64,000 bases of DNA from Candidatus Zixiibacteriota bacterium (lineage in GTDB: Bacteria > Zixibacteria > MSB-5A5 > UBA10806 > 4484-95). Below the pieces are notes generated by a model. That model had not been told where the DNA came from. It saw only the letters and a program-made list of their open reading frames with translations, and did no database searches. Position 1 is the stretch's first letter. Every line of letters begins with the position of its first letter. Below, piece by piece: positions 21,115 through 30,451 of the stretch. The stretch spans positions 193,406 to 257,405 of the forward strand of contig JBBIRK010000006.1 of the NCBI GenBank assembly GCA_037441845.1, given 5' to 3'. Made by a program: the position numbers and the translations under genes.

Positions 21115-21120
21115 TTTGCC

Positions 21121-21206
21121 GTATACAATGTATACAGTCACATATTCAGGAACAATTATTTGAGATTTTAATTGACAATCAAATATTGATAGTATACAAT
21201 GTATAA
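21121..21206 (+). promoter_or_regulatory. Sigma70 promoter flanked by two GTATACAATGTATA operator-like sites
   Basis: TTGACA 21172-77, 17 bp, TACAAT 21195-200; GTATACAATGTATA starts at 21121 and at 21192. Confidence 0.65.
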
Positions 21207-21256
21207 TAAATGCGGGGCGGGATAACCACTATGGCCAGCAACACTCAACAATCCAA

Positions 21257-21616
21257 ATGAGGCAACTTCCTTTGGGAAGCGAAAACAGATCCGTCGATCC
21301 ACCGTTCTTCTGGAACGCCGAAAACAAGCGGCCCAAACCCGCAGATAATAATGTCGATAACGAGTGGGATTATACCCCTATCGCGCTGATTAGCAAAACC
21401 TCCCCGCGAGACGGCAGCCGCAACGCCGCTCGCGCCGGCTTGAAGGAAGGCTGGATACGCGCCACCTTCATAATCCGCGAAAACAACCTGAAAAAGCTGA
21501 AAGAACTCGCCTATTGGACAAGAAAAGATCTCAAACAAGTCGCCGATGAAGCTATAGCCGCCTACCTCGCCGCCCATGAATCGTTAATCGATAAAAACAA
21601 AAATAAAACATCATAG
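21257..21616 (+). CDS. Small putative ribbon-helix-helix DNA-binding protein
   Basis: Disordered-looking N-terminus then IRATFIIRENNLKKLKELAYWTRKDLKQVADEAIAAYL (strand-helix-helix pattern). Confidence 0.6.
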   Translation: MRQLPLGSENRSVDPPFFWNAENKRPKPADNNVDNEWDYTPIALISKTSPRDGSRNAARAGLKEGWIRATFIIRENNLKKLKELAYWTRKDLKQVADEAIAAYLAAHESLIDKNKNKTS

Positions 21617-21757
21617 CCTATTTTAATACGCCCGCTGATATCCTGATACGCTCGCTTCATTTTTTGCCTTTGTAAACGGCACCCGAGGAACAATACACAG
21701 GGGAAAATAAGTATTATCTGATGTATTTGAGCAATCAACCGAATGTGGAAAAAGTGA

Positions 21758-22726
21758 ATGATGAGGCAATTTAGCGGAAATATTCAGGTTTCAGCCATCG
21801 TTTTTCTGGCTGTTGCTGCCTTCTGGTTTGCCGAAGGACAATCATTATCGGCCGATGACCAGCCAAAAGAGGATAAAATGAAATTCAATGAATTATCGCC
21901 CCAAGAAGAATGGGTGATCGTCCATAAAGGGACCGAGCCTCCTTTCAGCGGCAAATACTACAAACATTTCGAAAGCGGGACCTATGTCTGCCGGCGTTGC
22001 GGCACGCCCCTGTATCGATCATCCGACAAATTCGACTCCGGCTGCGGTTGGCCCAGTTTCGATGACGAAATCCCCGGCGCCGTCAAACGCAGCCGCGATT
22101 CCGACGGCATGAGGATCGAAATCACCTGCGCTAAATGCGGCGCTCATCTCGGTCATGTTTTCGAGGGCGAGGGGTTGACTCCCAAAAACGTTCGCCATTG
22201 CGTCAATTCCATCTCCCTTGATTTCGTGCCCGCCGAATCGACGACCACCGAAACCGCCTATTTCGCGGGCGGCTGTTTTTGGGGAACCGAACACCTTTTG
22301 AAAAGTATGGACGGCGTAATCTCTACGCGCGTGGGGTATATGGGCGGCCGCACCGAATCACCTACTTATGAGGATGTTTGTCGAGGGAACACAGGCCACG
22401 CCGAAACCGTGGAAATCGTTTTCGATCCGACCCGCACCAGTTTGGAAAAACTGGCTCGTTTCTTTTTCGAAATCCACGATCCCACCCAACTGAACCGCCA
22501 GGGACCCGATGTCGGCTCACAATATCGCTCGGCGGTTTTTTATGTCAATGATGCCCAGAAGAAAATCGTCGCGCAATTGATCGAAATCCTGAAATCACGC
22601 GGATACAAAGTCGTCACCCAACTCGCACCGGCCGAGAAATTCTGGCCCGCCGAGGACTACCATCAAGATTATTACGAAAGGACCGGCAAAGCTCCTTACT
22701 GCCATTTCTATCAGAAACGGTTTTAG
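21758..22726 (+). CDS. msrAB: Bifunctional methionine sulfoxide reductase MsrB-MsrA, possible signal peptide
   Basis: GTEPPF, CGWPSF, HLGHVF, RHCVNS (MsrB); GGCFWG, GHAE, AEDYHQDY (MsrA). Confidence 0.95.
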   Translation: MMRQFSGNIQVSAIVFLAVAAFWFAEGQSLSADDQPKEDKMKFNELSPQEEWVIVHKGTEPPFSGKYYKHFESGTYVCRRCGTPLYRSSDKFDSGCGWPSFDDEIPGAVKRSRDSDGMRIEITCAKCGAHLGHVFEGEGLTPKNVRHCVNSISLDFVPAESTTTETAYFAGGCFWGTEHLLKSMDGVISTRVGYMGGRTESPTYEDVCRGNTGHAETVEIVFDPTRTSLEKLARFFFEIHDPTQLNRQGPDVGSQYRSAVFYVNDAQKKIVAQLIEILKSRGYKVVTQLAPAEKFWPAEDYHQDYYERTGKAPYCHFYQKRF

Positions 22727-23011
22727 GCTCATGCCCATCTTCCAAACATGAGTTCGCTTGACTACGCCGGCGAACGATAAGGGAGCTGTCGAGATCGCCC
22801 CCGAGCAGATCGATTCCATTAAATACGATAGAATTCCGCAACTGAAATTCTATAGTTGGAATTACCTGAAGCCGATAACCGAGGATAGGAAATGCCGTGT
22901 TCGCCACCTGTCTATCCGTCTTATTTCTTTGAACATGCCCGTCCCCAAAAGTACCGATAGAAATCCACCAGATATCCGGGATCCACGATCGCGGAATTTT
23001 CCGAAAATAAC

Positions 23012-23040
23012 TTGACACATTATGAGCATATGCTTATTAT
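23012..23040 (+). promoter_or_regulatory. Sigma70 promoter with palindromic operator ATGAGCATATGCTTAT
   Basis: TTGACA 23012-17, 17 bp, TATTAT 23035-40; near-perfect 16 bp palindrome 23022-37. Confidence 0.7.
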
Positions 23041-23061
23041 ATCGCCGAAAGGAATTATCCA

Positions 23062-23556
23062 ATGGCTCGGCCGCAATGCCCCCGCATCATTAAGAACCTT
23101 CCCAATGTGGCTTATTACAAGCCCCGGGCGGTTCCGCTTTCCCAGCTTGAAGAAGTCATCGTTACTTTCGATGAATATGAGGCGGTGAGACTGGCCGATC
23201 TGGAGGGGCTGTATCATGAAGAAGCGGCATCCAGGATGAAAATATCGCGTCCTACTTTCGGACGCATTATAGAATCAGCCCGCAAAAAAATCGCCGATGC
23301 GCTTATTAACGGCAAAGCTATAAGAATCGAAGGAGGAGTGATTAAGATGCCACCCAAGAGACTGTTTCAATGTTTCGATTGCGAACACGTATGGGAAGTT
23401 CCTTTCGGGACCGGCCGCCCCCAATCCTGCCCGCAATGCGGCGGAGTGAATTTCGGCAGAGCGGACAAACAAAGGGGATTCGGGCATGGCGGCAAAGGTG
23501 TCTGCCGCCATAAAGGCCCCCGAATGCGGATTACTGCCGGCAAGGAGGACAAATGA
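23062..23556 (+). CDS. DUF134 (UPF0251) HTH protein with C-terminal zinc ribbon
   Basis: MARP, DEYEAVRLADLEGL, ISRPTF, ARKKIADALINGKAIRIEGG; CFDC and CPQC. Confidence 0.9.
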   Translation: MARPQCPRIIKNLPNVAYYKPRAVPLSQLEEVIVTFDEYEAVRLADLEGLYHEEAASRMKISRPTFGRIIESARKKIADALINGKAIRIEGGVIKMPPKRLFQCFDCEHVWEVPFGTGRPQSCPQCGGVNFGRADKQRGFGHGGKGVCRHKGPRMRITAGKEDK

Positions 23557-23945
23557 GAATCGCCGTGGCCACAGATGACGGAATTTCCATAGCCGAACAT
23601 TTCGGCAGATGCGCCGGTTTCGATATTTTCGACGTCTCCGAAAAAGAGACGATAAAGATAGAACACCGTCCCAACGTTAACAGCCACCATCATCGCAACC
23701 AAAAAGAATGCGATCACAGCGGACATCATGCAGGCTCGCATAGCCACGAATCGTTCCTGAACGCGCTTTACGATTGCGGCGCCGTGATCTGCCGGGGCAT
23801 GGGACGCAGAGCGGTAGCTGATTTGACCGCCAAAGGGATAAGACCGGTGATGAGCAGCCAGGATGTCCCGGTCGCCGAAGCGGTCAAGTTGTTCGCGGCG
23901 GGACGCCTTATCGAGGCGAAAGATTCGCCTTGTTGTTCGCATTAA
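23553..23945 (+). CDS. NifB/NifX family Fe-Mo cluster-binding domain protein, His-rich
   Basis: IAVATDDG..IAEHFGRC, VICRGMG; HHHRNQKECDHSGHHAGSHSH insert. Confidence 0.88.
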   Translation: MRIAVATDDGISIAEHFGRCAGFDIFDVSEKETIKIEHRPNVNSHHHRNQKECDHSGHHAGSHSHESFLNALYDCGAVICRGMGRRAVADLTAKGIRPVMSSQDVPVAEAVKLFAAGRLIEAKDSPCCSH

Positions 23946-24046
23946 AATCCGGCGTTTGATTTTCGAACCGGATACCTGCGGTTTGTCGATTGCCGGAAAA
24001 ATTCCGATTCGCGAAACGCCCGAGATCGTAATCAAACAGAGGGAAT

Positions 24047-24919
24047 ATGAATAACGATGCCGATCTGCACGAGCGGTTGCTGAAATTTCAGAAAAACGAA
24101 ATAACCGAGCATCATATCTATGCCCGGTTGGCAGCCTCTACTCGATCCGCCGAAAACAGAAAAATTCTCGAAAATATCGCCGCGGACGAACTTAGGCATT
24201 CCCGAGTCTGGCAAAAACACACCGGCGAAGATATCGGGCCCTCGCGGCTCAAAGTGTTGGTGTATTATTGGCTGAGCCGATTGTTGGGTTTAACTTTCGG
24301 CATCAAGTTGATGGAGCGCGGCGAGGCGGAAACTCAAGAAATGTATGAGCTGCTGAACGGCGTAATCGAGGGCGCCGAGCATATAATTCACGACGAAAAC
24401 GAACACGAAAAAGCCTTGATCGGCCTTCTGGACGAGGAACGGCTTCGCTATATGGGCTCCATCGTGCTCGGGTTGAACGATGCTCTGGTGGAACTCACCG
24501 GCGGCCTGGCCGGCTTGACACTGGCATTGCGCAATACCAAGCTGGTCGCCCTGAGCGGGTTGATCGTCGGCGTTGCGGCGGCGCTTTCGATGGCGGCATC
24601 GGAATATATTTCCACCAAGACGGAAAAATCTAAACGGAATCCGCTGCGATCGTCGGTTTACACCGGCTTAGCTTACATTGCGACGGTTTTGGTGCTGATA
24701 TCGCCCTATTTGGTTTTTTCCAATTCGTTTCTCAGTCTGGCTTTCACGTTGGCGGCGGCGGTTCTCGTAATCGCCGCATTCAATTATTACATCTCCGTGG
24801 CGAAAGACGAATCTTTCGGCAGACAATTCGGAGAGATGGTCATAATCAGTTTGAGTGTGGCCTTTTTATCGTTCGGTCTGGGACACGTCTTGCGCGTATT
24901 TTTCGGCGTGGAGGTTTGA
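24047..24919 (+). CDS. Rubrerythrin/ferritin-like domain fused to VIT1/CCC1 transporter (MbfA-like)
   Basis: ExxH motifs (DELRH, ENEH) followed by VLGLNDAL, SMAASEY and several TM helices. Confidence 0.88.
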   Translation: MNNDADLHERLLKFQKNEITEHHIYARLAASTRSAENRKILENIAADELRHSRVWQKHTGEDIGPSRLKVLVYYWLSRLLGLTFGIKLMERGEAETQEMYELLNGVIEGAEHIIHDENEHEKALIGLLDEERLRYMGSIVLGLNDALVELTGGLAGLTLALRNTKLVALSGLIVGVAAALSMAASEYISTKTEKSKRNPLRSSVYTGLAYIATVLVLISPYLVFSNSFLSLAFTLAAAVLVIAAFNYYISVAKDESFGRQFGEMVIISLSVAFLSFGLGHVLRVFFGVEV

Positions 24920-25003
24920 TCGAAATGTCCTTGCCGCCGAAATTACGCAAACGCGGATAAGTTTTATTCCGCCGAAGCTGGACGAAAAAAAAAGAAGTCG
25001 CAA

Positions 25004-25426
25004 ATGAATAATGATTTATCCGACATGAGCGCTCGACATGGTCATGTCCGCTGTTTGCTCTGCGGAAATGAAAATCCTCTATCGCTCGGGCTTAACTTTC
25101 GGCCGACCGGGGACGATTCCGTTGCTGCGGTATATCAGCCGCCCTCGAATCTGCAAGGATATGACGGATTGTTGCATGGCGGCATGGCGGCCGCACTGCT
25201 CGATGCGGCGATGACCCATTGCCTTTTTCACCATGAAATCAGCGCTTTGACCGGTGATCTGCACATTAGATATAAGCATCCCATACCGATCGATACGCCG
25301 CTGGAAATCAAAGCCAGGCTCGTTCTGGCCAGACCTCCCCTTTACCGCCTGCGAGCGGAAATCGTTCGAGGGGATTTTCTGTTCGTATGGGCCGAAGGCG
25401 ATTTCTATCAAAGGCGATCCACCTGA
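25004..25426 (+). CDS. PaaI family hotdog-fold thioesterase
   Basis: CLLCGNENP, QGYDGLLHGGMAAALLDAAM. Confidence 0.88.
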   Translation: MNNDLSDMSARHGHVRCLLCGNENPLSLGLNFRPTGDDSVAAVYQPPSNLQGYDGLLHGGMAAALLDAAMTHCLFHHEISALTGDLHIRYKHPIPIDTPLEIKARLVLARPPLYRLRAEIVRGDFLFVWAEGDFYQRRST

Positions 25427-25441
25427 AAAGCGGAGCAAGAT

Positions 25442-25921
25442 ATGATAATCTCGACGCAACTCCATGCCATCGGAATTATCCACACTCCTTTCAAAGAGGC
25501 GCAAGGAACGCCGATTCAGCCTATTTACGCCGATGCCGCCGAGGGGATAATCGAAATTTTCCCCGAATTCCGCGAGGGGACCGCCGATCTCGACGGGTTC
25601 GAACGGATTTGGTTGATTTATTGGTTTGACAAGACTTCGCCGCCCAAGCTCAAAGTCGTTCCATTCCGAGATGACATGGAACGGGGTATTTTCGCCACCA
25701 GAGCTCCCTGCCGGCCGAATCCCATCGGATTGTCATCGGTCCGACTCTTGGGTATCGACGGCTCGAAATTGCGGATCGCCGACGTTGATATACTCGATCA
25801 GACGCCCTTGCTCGATATCAAACCTTATATTCCCAAAATCGACTCGTTCGGACAATCGCGCGCCGGTTGGTTCGATAACTCCCGGAGCGCTCGCGAAAAG
25901 GCTGACAAACGCTTTGAATAA
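25442..25921 (+). CDS. tsaA: TrmO/TsaA (YaeB-like) SAM-dependent methyltransferase domain protein
   Basis: IGIIHTPF, GIFATRAPCRPNPIGLS, TPLLDIKPY. Confidence 0.88.
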   Translation: MIISTQLHAIGIIHTPFKEAQGTPIQPIYADAAEGIIEIFPEFREGTADLDGFERIWLIYWFDKTSPPKLKVVPFRDDMERGIFATRAPCRPNPIGLSSVRLLGIDGSKLRIADVDILDQTPLLDIKPYIPKIDSFGQSRAGWFDNSRSAREKADKRFE

Positions 25922-25987
25922 TTCGTTGAATTTCGATGCCCGCGCGCGTACCTTTGAAAAGCAAAATCCGCTTTTTTCGGTGATTTT

Positions 25988-27349
25988 ATGGAAGATTCAC
26001 TCAAAGATTTGAAATTCTTCAAGGTGATTCTCAGCTCCATCGCCGATGGCGTCTTCACGGTGGATAGAGACAGAGTCATCACCAGTTTCAATCCCTCCGC
26101 CGAAAAAATCACCGGCATCGCCGCCAGCCATGCAATCGGAAGGCATTGCTATGAGATATTTCACTCGGATATCTGCGAGTCGGGATGCCTGCTCGAAAAA
26201 ACCCTCAAGACGGGCATCGAAACCATCGATCAGCCGGTCAATATAGTCAACAGCAGCGGCGAAAAGGTCCCGATTACGATCTCGACCGCGGTGTTGCGCG
26301 AAGATGACGGACGAATCCTGGGCGCGGTGGAAACTTTCCGCGATATTTCGGCTGTCGAGCAGTTGCGCAAAGAACTGCGGAAGAACTACTCGTTCGAAGA
26401 TATTATTTCCAAAAGCCCGTTGATAAACAAACTGTTCGCCATTCTTCCCGATGTTGCCGAGAGTGAGAGCACGGTTTTGATTCAAGGACCGTCCGGCTCC
26501 GGCAAGGAGCTGTTCGCCCGGGCGATCCATAATCTCAGCCCGCGGGCAAACAACAATTATGTAATCATAAACTGCGGAACGCTGCCGGTTCAATTGTTCG
26601 AATCCGAACTGTTCGGCTATGTCAGGGGAGCGTTCACCGATGCTAAGCGCGATCGGCCGGGTAAGCTTTCCGCCGCCGATGGCGGTACCGTTTTTTTCGA
26701 TGAGGTCGGCGAATTGCCCTTTCAAACCCAGGTCAAATTGCTAAGGCTTCTACAACAACGAGAATACGAACCGCTGGGAAGCGACGTCCCGATCAAAGCC
26801 GATATCCGGGTGGTGGCCGCCACCAACCGCGATCTGAAGGAGTTGGTGGCGCAGGGTAAGTTCCGTGATGACCTCTATTTCCGCCTGGCCGTGGTAAAAT
26901 TCGATCTGCCGCCGCTGCGTGACCGGCGCGAGGATATACCTTATTTGGTTGAACATTTCATCAAGAGAAACAACGCTAAGCGCGGCAAAAACATAATCGG
27001 AGTTAGTCCGGAGGTAATGCGGATTTTTCTGGAGTACGATTTCCCTGGCAATATCAGAGAGCTCGAAAATATAATCGAATGCGCATTCGTGCTGTGCCGC
27101 AATTCGATCATCGGAAAAGATCATCTGCCGGCGGAACTTCTGACATTATCCCGCCCGGAAACAGAAACTGCAACGACGAACCCCACGCCATTGACGAAAG
27201 TCATAAACGAACAAGCGAAAATCCGCAATGCCCTCATTAAACACCGCGGACATCAAACGAAAGCCGCGAAAGAACTCGGCATAGACAGAACCACCCTCTG
27301 GCGGAAATTGAAATATTTCCGCATCGATCCCAAAGATTTCCAACAATAA
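25988..27349 (+). CDS. PAS-domain sigma54-dependent Fis family activator
   Basis: N-terminal PAS; GPSGSGKE, ESELFG, GAFTDA, FFDEVGE, AATNRDL, PGNIREL; C-terminal LGIDRTTLWRKLK. Confidence 0.95.
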   Translation: MEDSLKDLKFFKVILSSIADGVFTVDRDRVITSFNPSAEKITGIAASHAIGRHCYEIFHSDICESGCLLEKTLKTGIETIDQPVNIVNSSGEKVPITISTAVLREDDGRILGAVETFRDISAVEQLRKELRKNYSFEDIISKSPLINKLFAILPDVAESESTVLIQGPSGSGKELFARAIHNLSPRANNNYVIINCGTLPVQLFESELFGYVRGAFTDAKRDRPGKLSAADGGTVFFDEVGELPFQTQVKLLRLLQQREYEPLGSDVPIKADIRVVAATNRDLKELVAQGKFRDDLYFRLAVVKFDLPPLRDRREDIPYLVEHFIKRNNAKRGKNIIGVSPEVMRIFLEYDFPGNIRELENIIECAFVLCRNSIIGKDHLPAELLTLSRPETETATTNPTPLTKVINEQAKIRNALIKHRGHQTKAAKELGIDRTTLWRKLKYFRIDPKDFQQ

Positions 27350-27362
27350 TACGGCTGGATTC

Positions 27363-27434
27363 TTGTTGCAATAGTGGGAAAGTGCAACAATATATCGCAA
27401 CAATGCAACGCATATTGTTGCATTAATTGCATCA
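27363..27434. promoter_or_regulatory. Putative enhancer sites (TGTTGCA/TGCAACA repeats)
   Basis: TTGTTGCA-12-TGCAACAA (27363-90), GCAACAATGCAAC (27397-409), TGTTGCA-5-TGCATCA (27416-34). Confidence 0.6.
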
Positions 27435-27496
27435 CCGCATCCTCCCTGATTCTTATAAGCCCTTACGATTCAAACCAATAACCCATTCTCCAACGT

Positions 27497-27511
27497 CGGC
27501 ACCCGTATTGC
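27497..27511 (+). promoter_or_regulatory. Sigma54 -24/-12 promoter
   Basis: CGGCAC-CCGTA-TTGC matches TGGCAC-N5-TTGC with correct spacing, just upstream of ATG 27544. Confidence 0.7.
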
Positions 27512-27543
27512 GATTGCGGTTCTTTGATGGGAACCTTGAGACC

Positions 27544-28314
27544 ATGATAATCGCCGTCCCCAAATACGGAAAGATGACCGCGCCCTGTTTCGAAACAGCG
27601 GGCAATTTCCTGATAGCCATCGCCGAGGATGGCAAAATTATCCTTTCGCGATTGGTATCCTGTAGTGGATGCCGTGGATTTTCCAGGGTTAATCTACTCA
27701 AAGAAAATAAGGTCGACGTGCTTATTTGCGGCGGCATAAAATCGTTTTACCGAAATCTGCTCTCTGCCGCCAATATAACCGTCATGTCGCCGGTGAATAT
27801 CGAAGTCGAAAAGGCTATAGAGCTGTATCTCGACGGGACCCTGCAACCGACAATGACCGCCGATGATGAAGAAGGTATGCCTCCGATCCCTCTGGACGAT
27901 CTTATCTGTTGGGCAAAAGAATTATTCACGATAAACGGATTCCGCATCATTGCCAATTCCCCAAACGCCGCATTTCCGATCGATTTCGTCGCCGAGATCG
28001 AATGCCCGGTGTGCGGCAAGACGATCACCACCGCCGTATGCTGTGGAGCACACCTATATCGTTCCGAGTTCGAACTCAAGGAATTCGAGCGGGCAAGCCG
28101 CCTGCCCAAATACCATGCCAGGGTTTATATCCACCCTTGGACCAAGACGGTGGCGGACTTTTGCAGTGACTGCGCCATGGAACTGATCGATCCATTCAGC
28201 GAGTCGGTTGATGAATCCTCAGCCATGAATAAAGCGATTCCATTGCTGAAAACGCCCATAATCGGTCACGAACGGGCATTTTCCATCACGGATAATCATA
28301 CGGAGATTCAATGA
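27544..28314 (+). CDS. NifB/NifX-like domain fused to a Cys-rich domain of unknown function
   Basis: IIAVP..TAPCFETA..VDVLICGGI (NifX-like); C-terminal CPVC, CCGAH; ATG 27544 preferred over TTG 27427. Confidence 0.7.
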   Translation: MIIAVPKYGKMTAPCFETAGNFLIAIAEDGKIILSRLVSCSGCRGFSRVNLLKENKVDVLICGGIKSFYRNLLSAANITVMSPVNIEVEKAIELYLDGTLQPTMTADDEEGMPPIPLDDLICWAKELFTINGFRIIANSPNAAFPIDFVAEIECPVCGKTITTAVCCGAHLYRSEFELKEFERASRLPKYHARVYIHPWTKTVADFCSDCAMELIDPFSESVDESSAMNKAIPLLKTPIIGHERAFSITDNHTEIQ

Positions 28315-29726
28315 AAATCAGCAAAATCACGAATGAAGAGAAAGCGCGGGCATTCGCCACTATGAAAAAACCGGAGGTAATGGAAAAGCAGAAGCTGCCG
28401 GTGCGCTATCATGTAGAGGATTATGACCCGACGGACCGCCCACGCCGTTTCCTCGAGGCGTTCGCCGCCATTTTGAAACATTCAAACTATCGTTTCGCTC
28501 TCGATCACTATATCCGAATCAGCGCCAAATGTTCACGTTGCGCCACCCAATGTCAGGTTCTGCTTGCAACCGGCGATTCCCATGACGTGCCGTGTTACCG
28601 CTCGGAACTGCTTTTAAGCGTTTATCGACGCCATTTCACCATGGCCGGGCTTATTAGGGGAAGATTGACCAACGACGCCGGCCTCACCGACGAAAAAATC
28701 AGCGAAATGGCCGAGTCGTTCTACAACTGCACCGCCTGCCGGCGCTGCGTAAACGAATGTCCGGCAGGTATCGATCACGGACTCATCACGCATCTTGCCA
28801 GATACATCCTAAGCGAAATTGGAATCGCGCCCCGGGCGTTGGTGGTAAGCGTCAGGGAGCAGCTCGAGGGCAAAACCGGCAACACCTCGGCGATTCCGGT
28901 GCCGGCGCTTATCGATACGCTCGACTTTCTCGAGGAAGACATGAAACAGGAAAAAGGGGTCGACATAAAATTCCCGCGCGATGTCGTTGACTGCGATTAT
29001 ATCTTTTTCCCCGCGGTAAGCGATTATCTGATGGAAGCCGAGTCCCTGATGGGGATCGCCGCTGTTTTTGCCGCCACCAATGACAGCTGGACTATCGGCA
29101 CGGGTTATTACGATGGCATCAACTATGGTCTGTTCTACAGCGATAGGATGCTCGAGCGGATCGTCAAGAAGGTTGATCGCGAAACCCGCCGCCTGCGGGC
29201 AAAGAACATCCTTATCGGCGAATGCGGCCACGCCTCGCGTTCGGCCAAATATTTTATCCCGACCTACTGCGGGGGTGAAAATGCGCCGCCGGTGCTCAAT
29301 ATAATCGAATACACCTATCGAGCATTGCAAGACGGCCGGATTCGTCTCAACCCCGACGTTATCGTCGATCGGGTGGCTTATCACGATCCCTGCAATATCG
29401 CCCGGCAGAGCTGGATAATCGAACAGCCGCGGGAAATACTCAAATCGTTCTGCAAAAATTATGTGGAGATGACCCCCAATCGTGAAAACAATATTTGCTG
29501 TGGCGGCGGAGGCGGCACGGTTTCGATAGACGAAATCAGACCATATCGAACGCTTGTCGGCGGCAAAGCCAAAGCGGAGCAGATCAAGGCCGCCGGATGC
29601 AGATATCTCGTGGCTCCGTGCGCCAACTGCAAGAAGCAGTTGCGCGAGCTTGTCGAGGATCAAGGAATCGATTGCGAGGTCGTCGGTCTGCACGATCTTA
29701 TTTACAAAGCCATCGTTTTCGATTGA
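28311..29726 (+). CDS. HmcF/DsrK/HdrD-family Fe-S protein with CCG domain
   Basis: CTACRRCVNECP, GECGH, YHDPCN, CCGGGG, PCANC. Confidence 0.88.
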   Translation: MKISKITNEEKARAFATMKKPEVMEKQKLPVRYHVEDYDPTDRPRRFLEAFAAILKHSNYRFALDHYIRISAKCSRCATQCQVLLATGDSHDVPCYRSELLLSVYRRHFTMAGLIRGRLTNDAGLTDEKISEMAESFYNCTACRRCVNECPAGIDHGLITHLARYILSEIGIAPRALVVSVREQLEGKTGNTSAIPVPALIDTLDFLEEDMKQEKGVDIKFPRDVVDCDYIFFPAVSDYLMEAESLMGIAAVFAATNDSWTIGTGYYDGINYGLFYSDRMLERIVKKVDRETRRLRAKNILIGECGHASRSAKYFIPTYCGGENAPPVLNIIEYTYRALQDGRIRLNPDVIVDRVAYHDPCNIARQSWIIEQPREILKSFCKNYVEMTPNRENNICCGGGGGTVSIDEIRPYRTLVGGKAKAEQIKAAGCRYLVAPCANCKKQLRELVEDQGIDCEVVGLHDLIYKAIVFD

Positions 29727-29746
29727 ACAGGCAGGAGGAAGTGCAA

Positions 29747-30451
29747 TTGGAATCATTGCTCGATTTCGCCGGAGGGCCTCTATTCAGGCTGACATTCGCC
29801 CTAATGGTGCTGGGACTCTTGCGGATATTCGTACTCGATCTTTGGGGAATGTTCGAAGCCTATCGAAAGGCCGGTGATAAAAAATTCCCTTGGAGCCAAA
29901 CGATACGCCGGACGATCGTATGGCTCTTGCCGGTCAAGAAAATTCCCAACAGCAGGCCATTTTACAGCATCATTTCCATATTGTTCCATCTCGGTATGAT
30001 AATCGTGCCGATATTTCTTTACGCCCATGTGCATCTTTGGAAAAATTCTCTGGGCGTAGGTTGGATTACTTTGCCTCAAAAGACAGCCGATACGCTGACT
30101 TTGATGGTTATGGCACTCGGCTTGGCTCTTTTGCTCGGCAGGTTTTTCGATAAGAACGCCGCTTTTATCAGCCGCAAGCAGGATTTCCTATGGCCGGTCC
30201 TTATTCTTATCCCTTTCATCACCGGATATGTTTGTTCGAATGTCGCGTTACCCCCCAAGACCTATCGATATTTCATGTTGGCTCATGTTCTATCCGCCGA
30301 ATCGATATTCGTCCTGATACCGTTCACCAAAATCGCCCATATGGTCCTGCTTCCGTTTTCCCAATTCGTCTCCCAGCTGGCTTGGCGCTTTCCGCCGGAA
30401 ACCGATGAAGCGGTCTGCTCTACATTGGGCAAGAAGGGAGCGCCGGTATGA
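29747..30451 (+). CDS. NarI/HmcE/DsrM-like membrane b-type cytochrome
   Basis: GPLFR N-terminus, about 5 TM helices with His ligands (FHLG, AHV, AHVLS, PFTKIAH); AGGAGG RBS before TTG 29747. Confidence 0.85.
   Translation: MESLLDFAGGPLFRLTFALMVLGLLRIFVLDLWGMFEAYRKAGDKKFPWSQTIRRTIVWLLPVKKIPNSRPFYSIISILFHLGMIIVPIFLYAHVHLWKNSLGVGWITLPQKTADTLTLMVMALGLALLLGRFFDKNAAFISRKQDFLWPVLILIPFITGYVCSNVALPPKTYRYFMLAHVLSAESIFVLIPFTKIAHMVLLPFSQFVSQLAWRFPPETDEAVCSTLGKKGAPV

Noticed and set aside
22758..23015. 85 aa ORF between msrAB and DUF134
   Set aside because: TTG start, no RBS or motifs, runs into the DUF134 promoter
23553..28314. Nitrogen fixation, suggested by NifB/NifX-like domains
   Set aside because: No nifHDK/nifEN; these domains are common outside nif clusters
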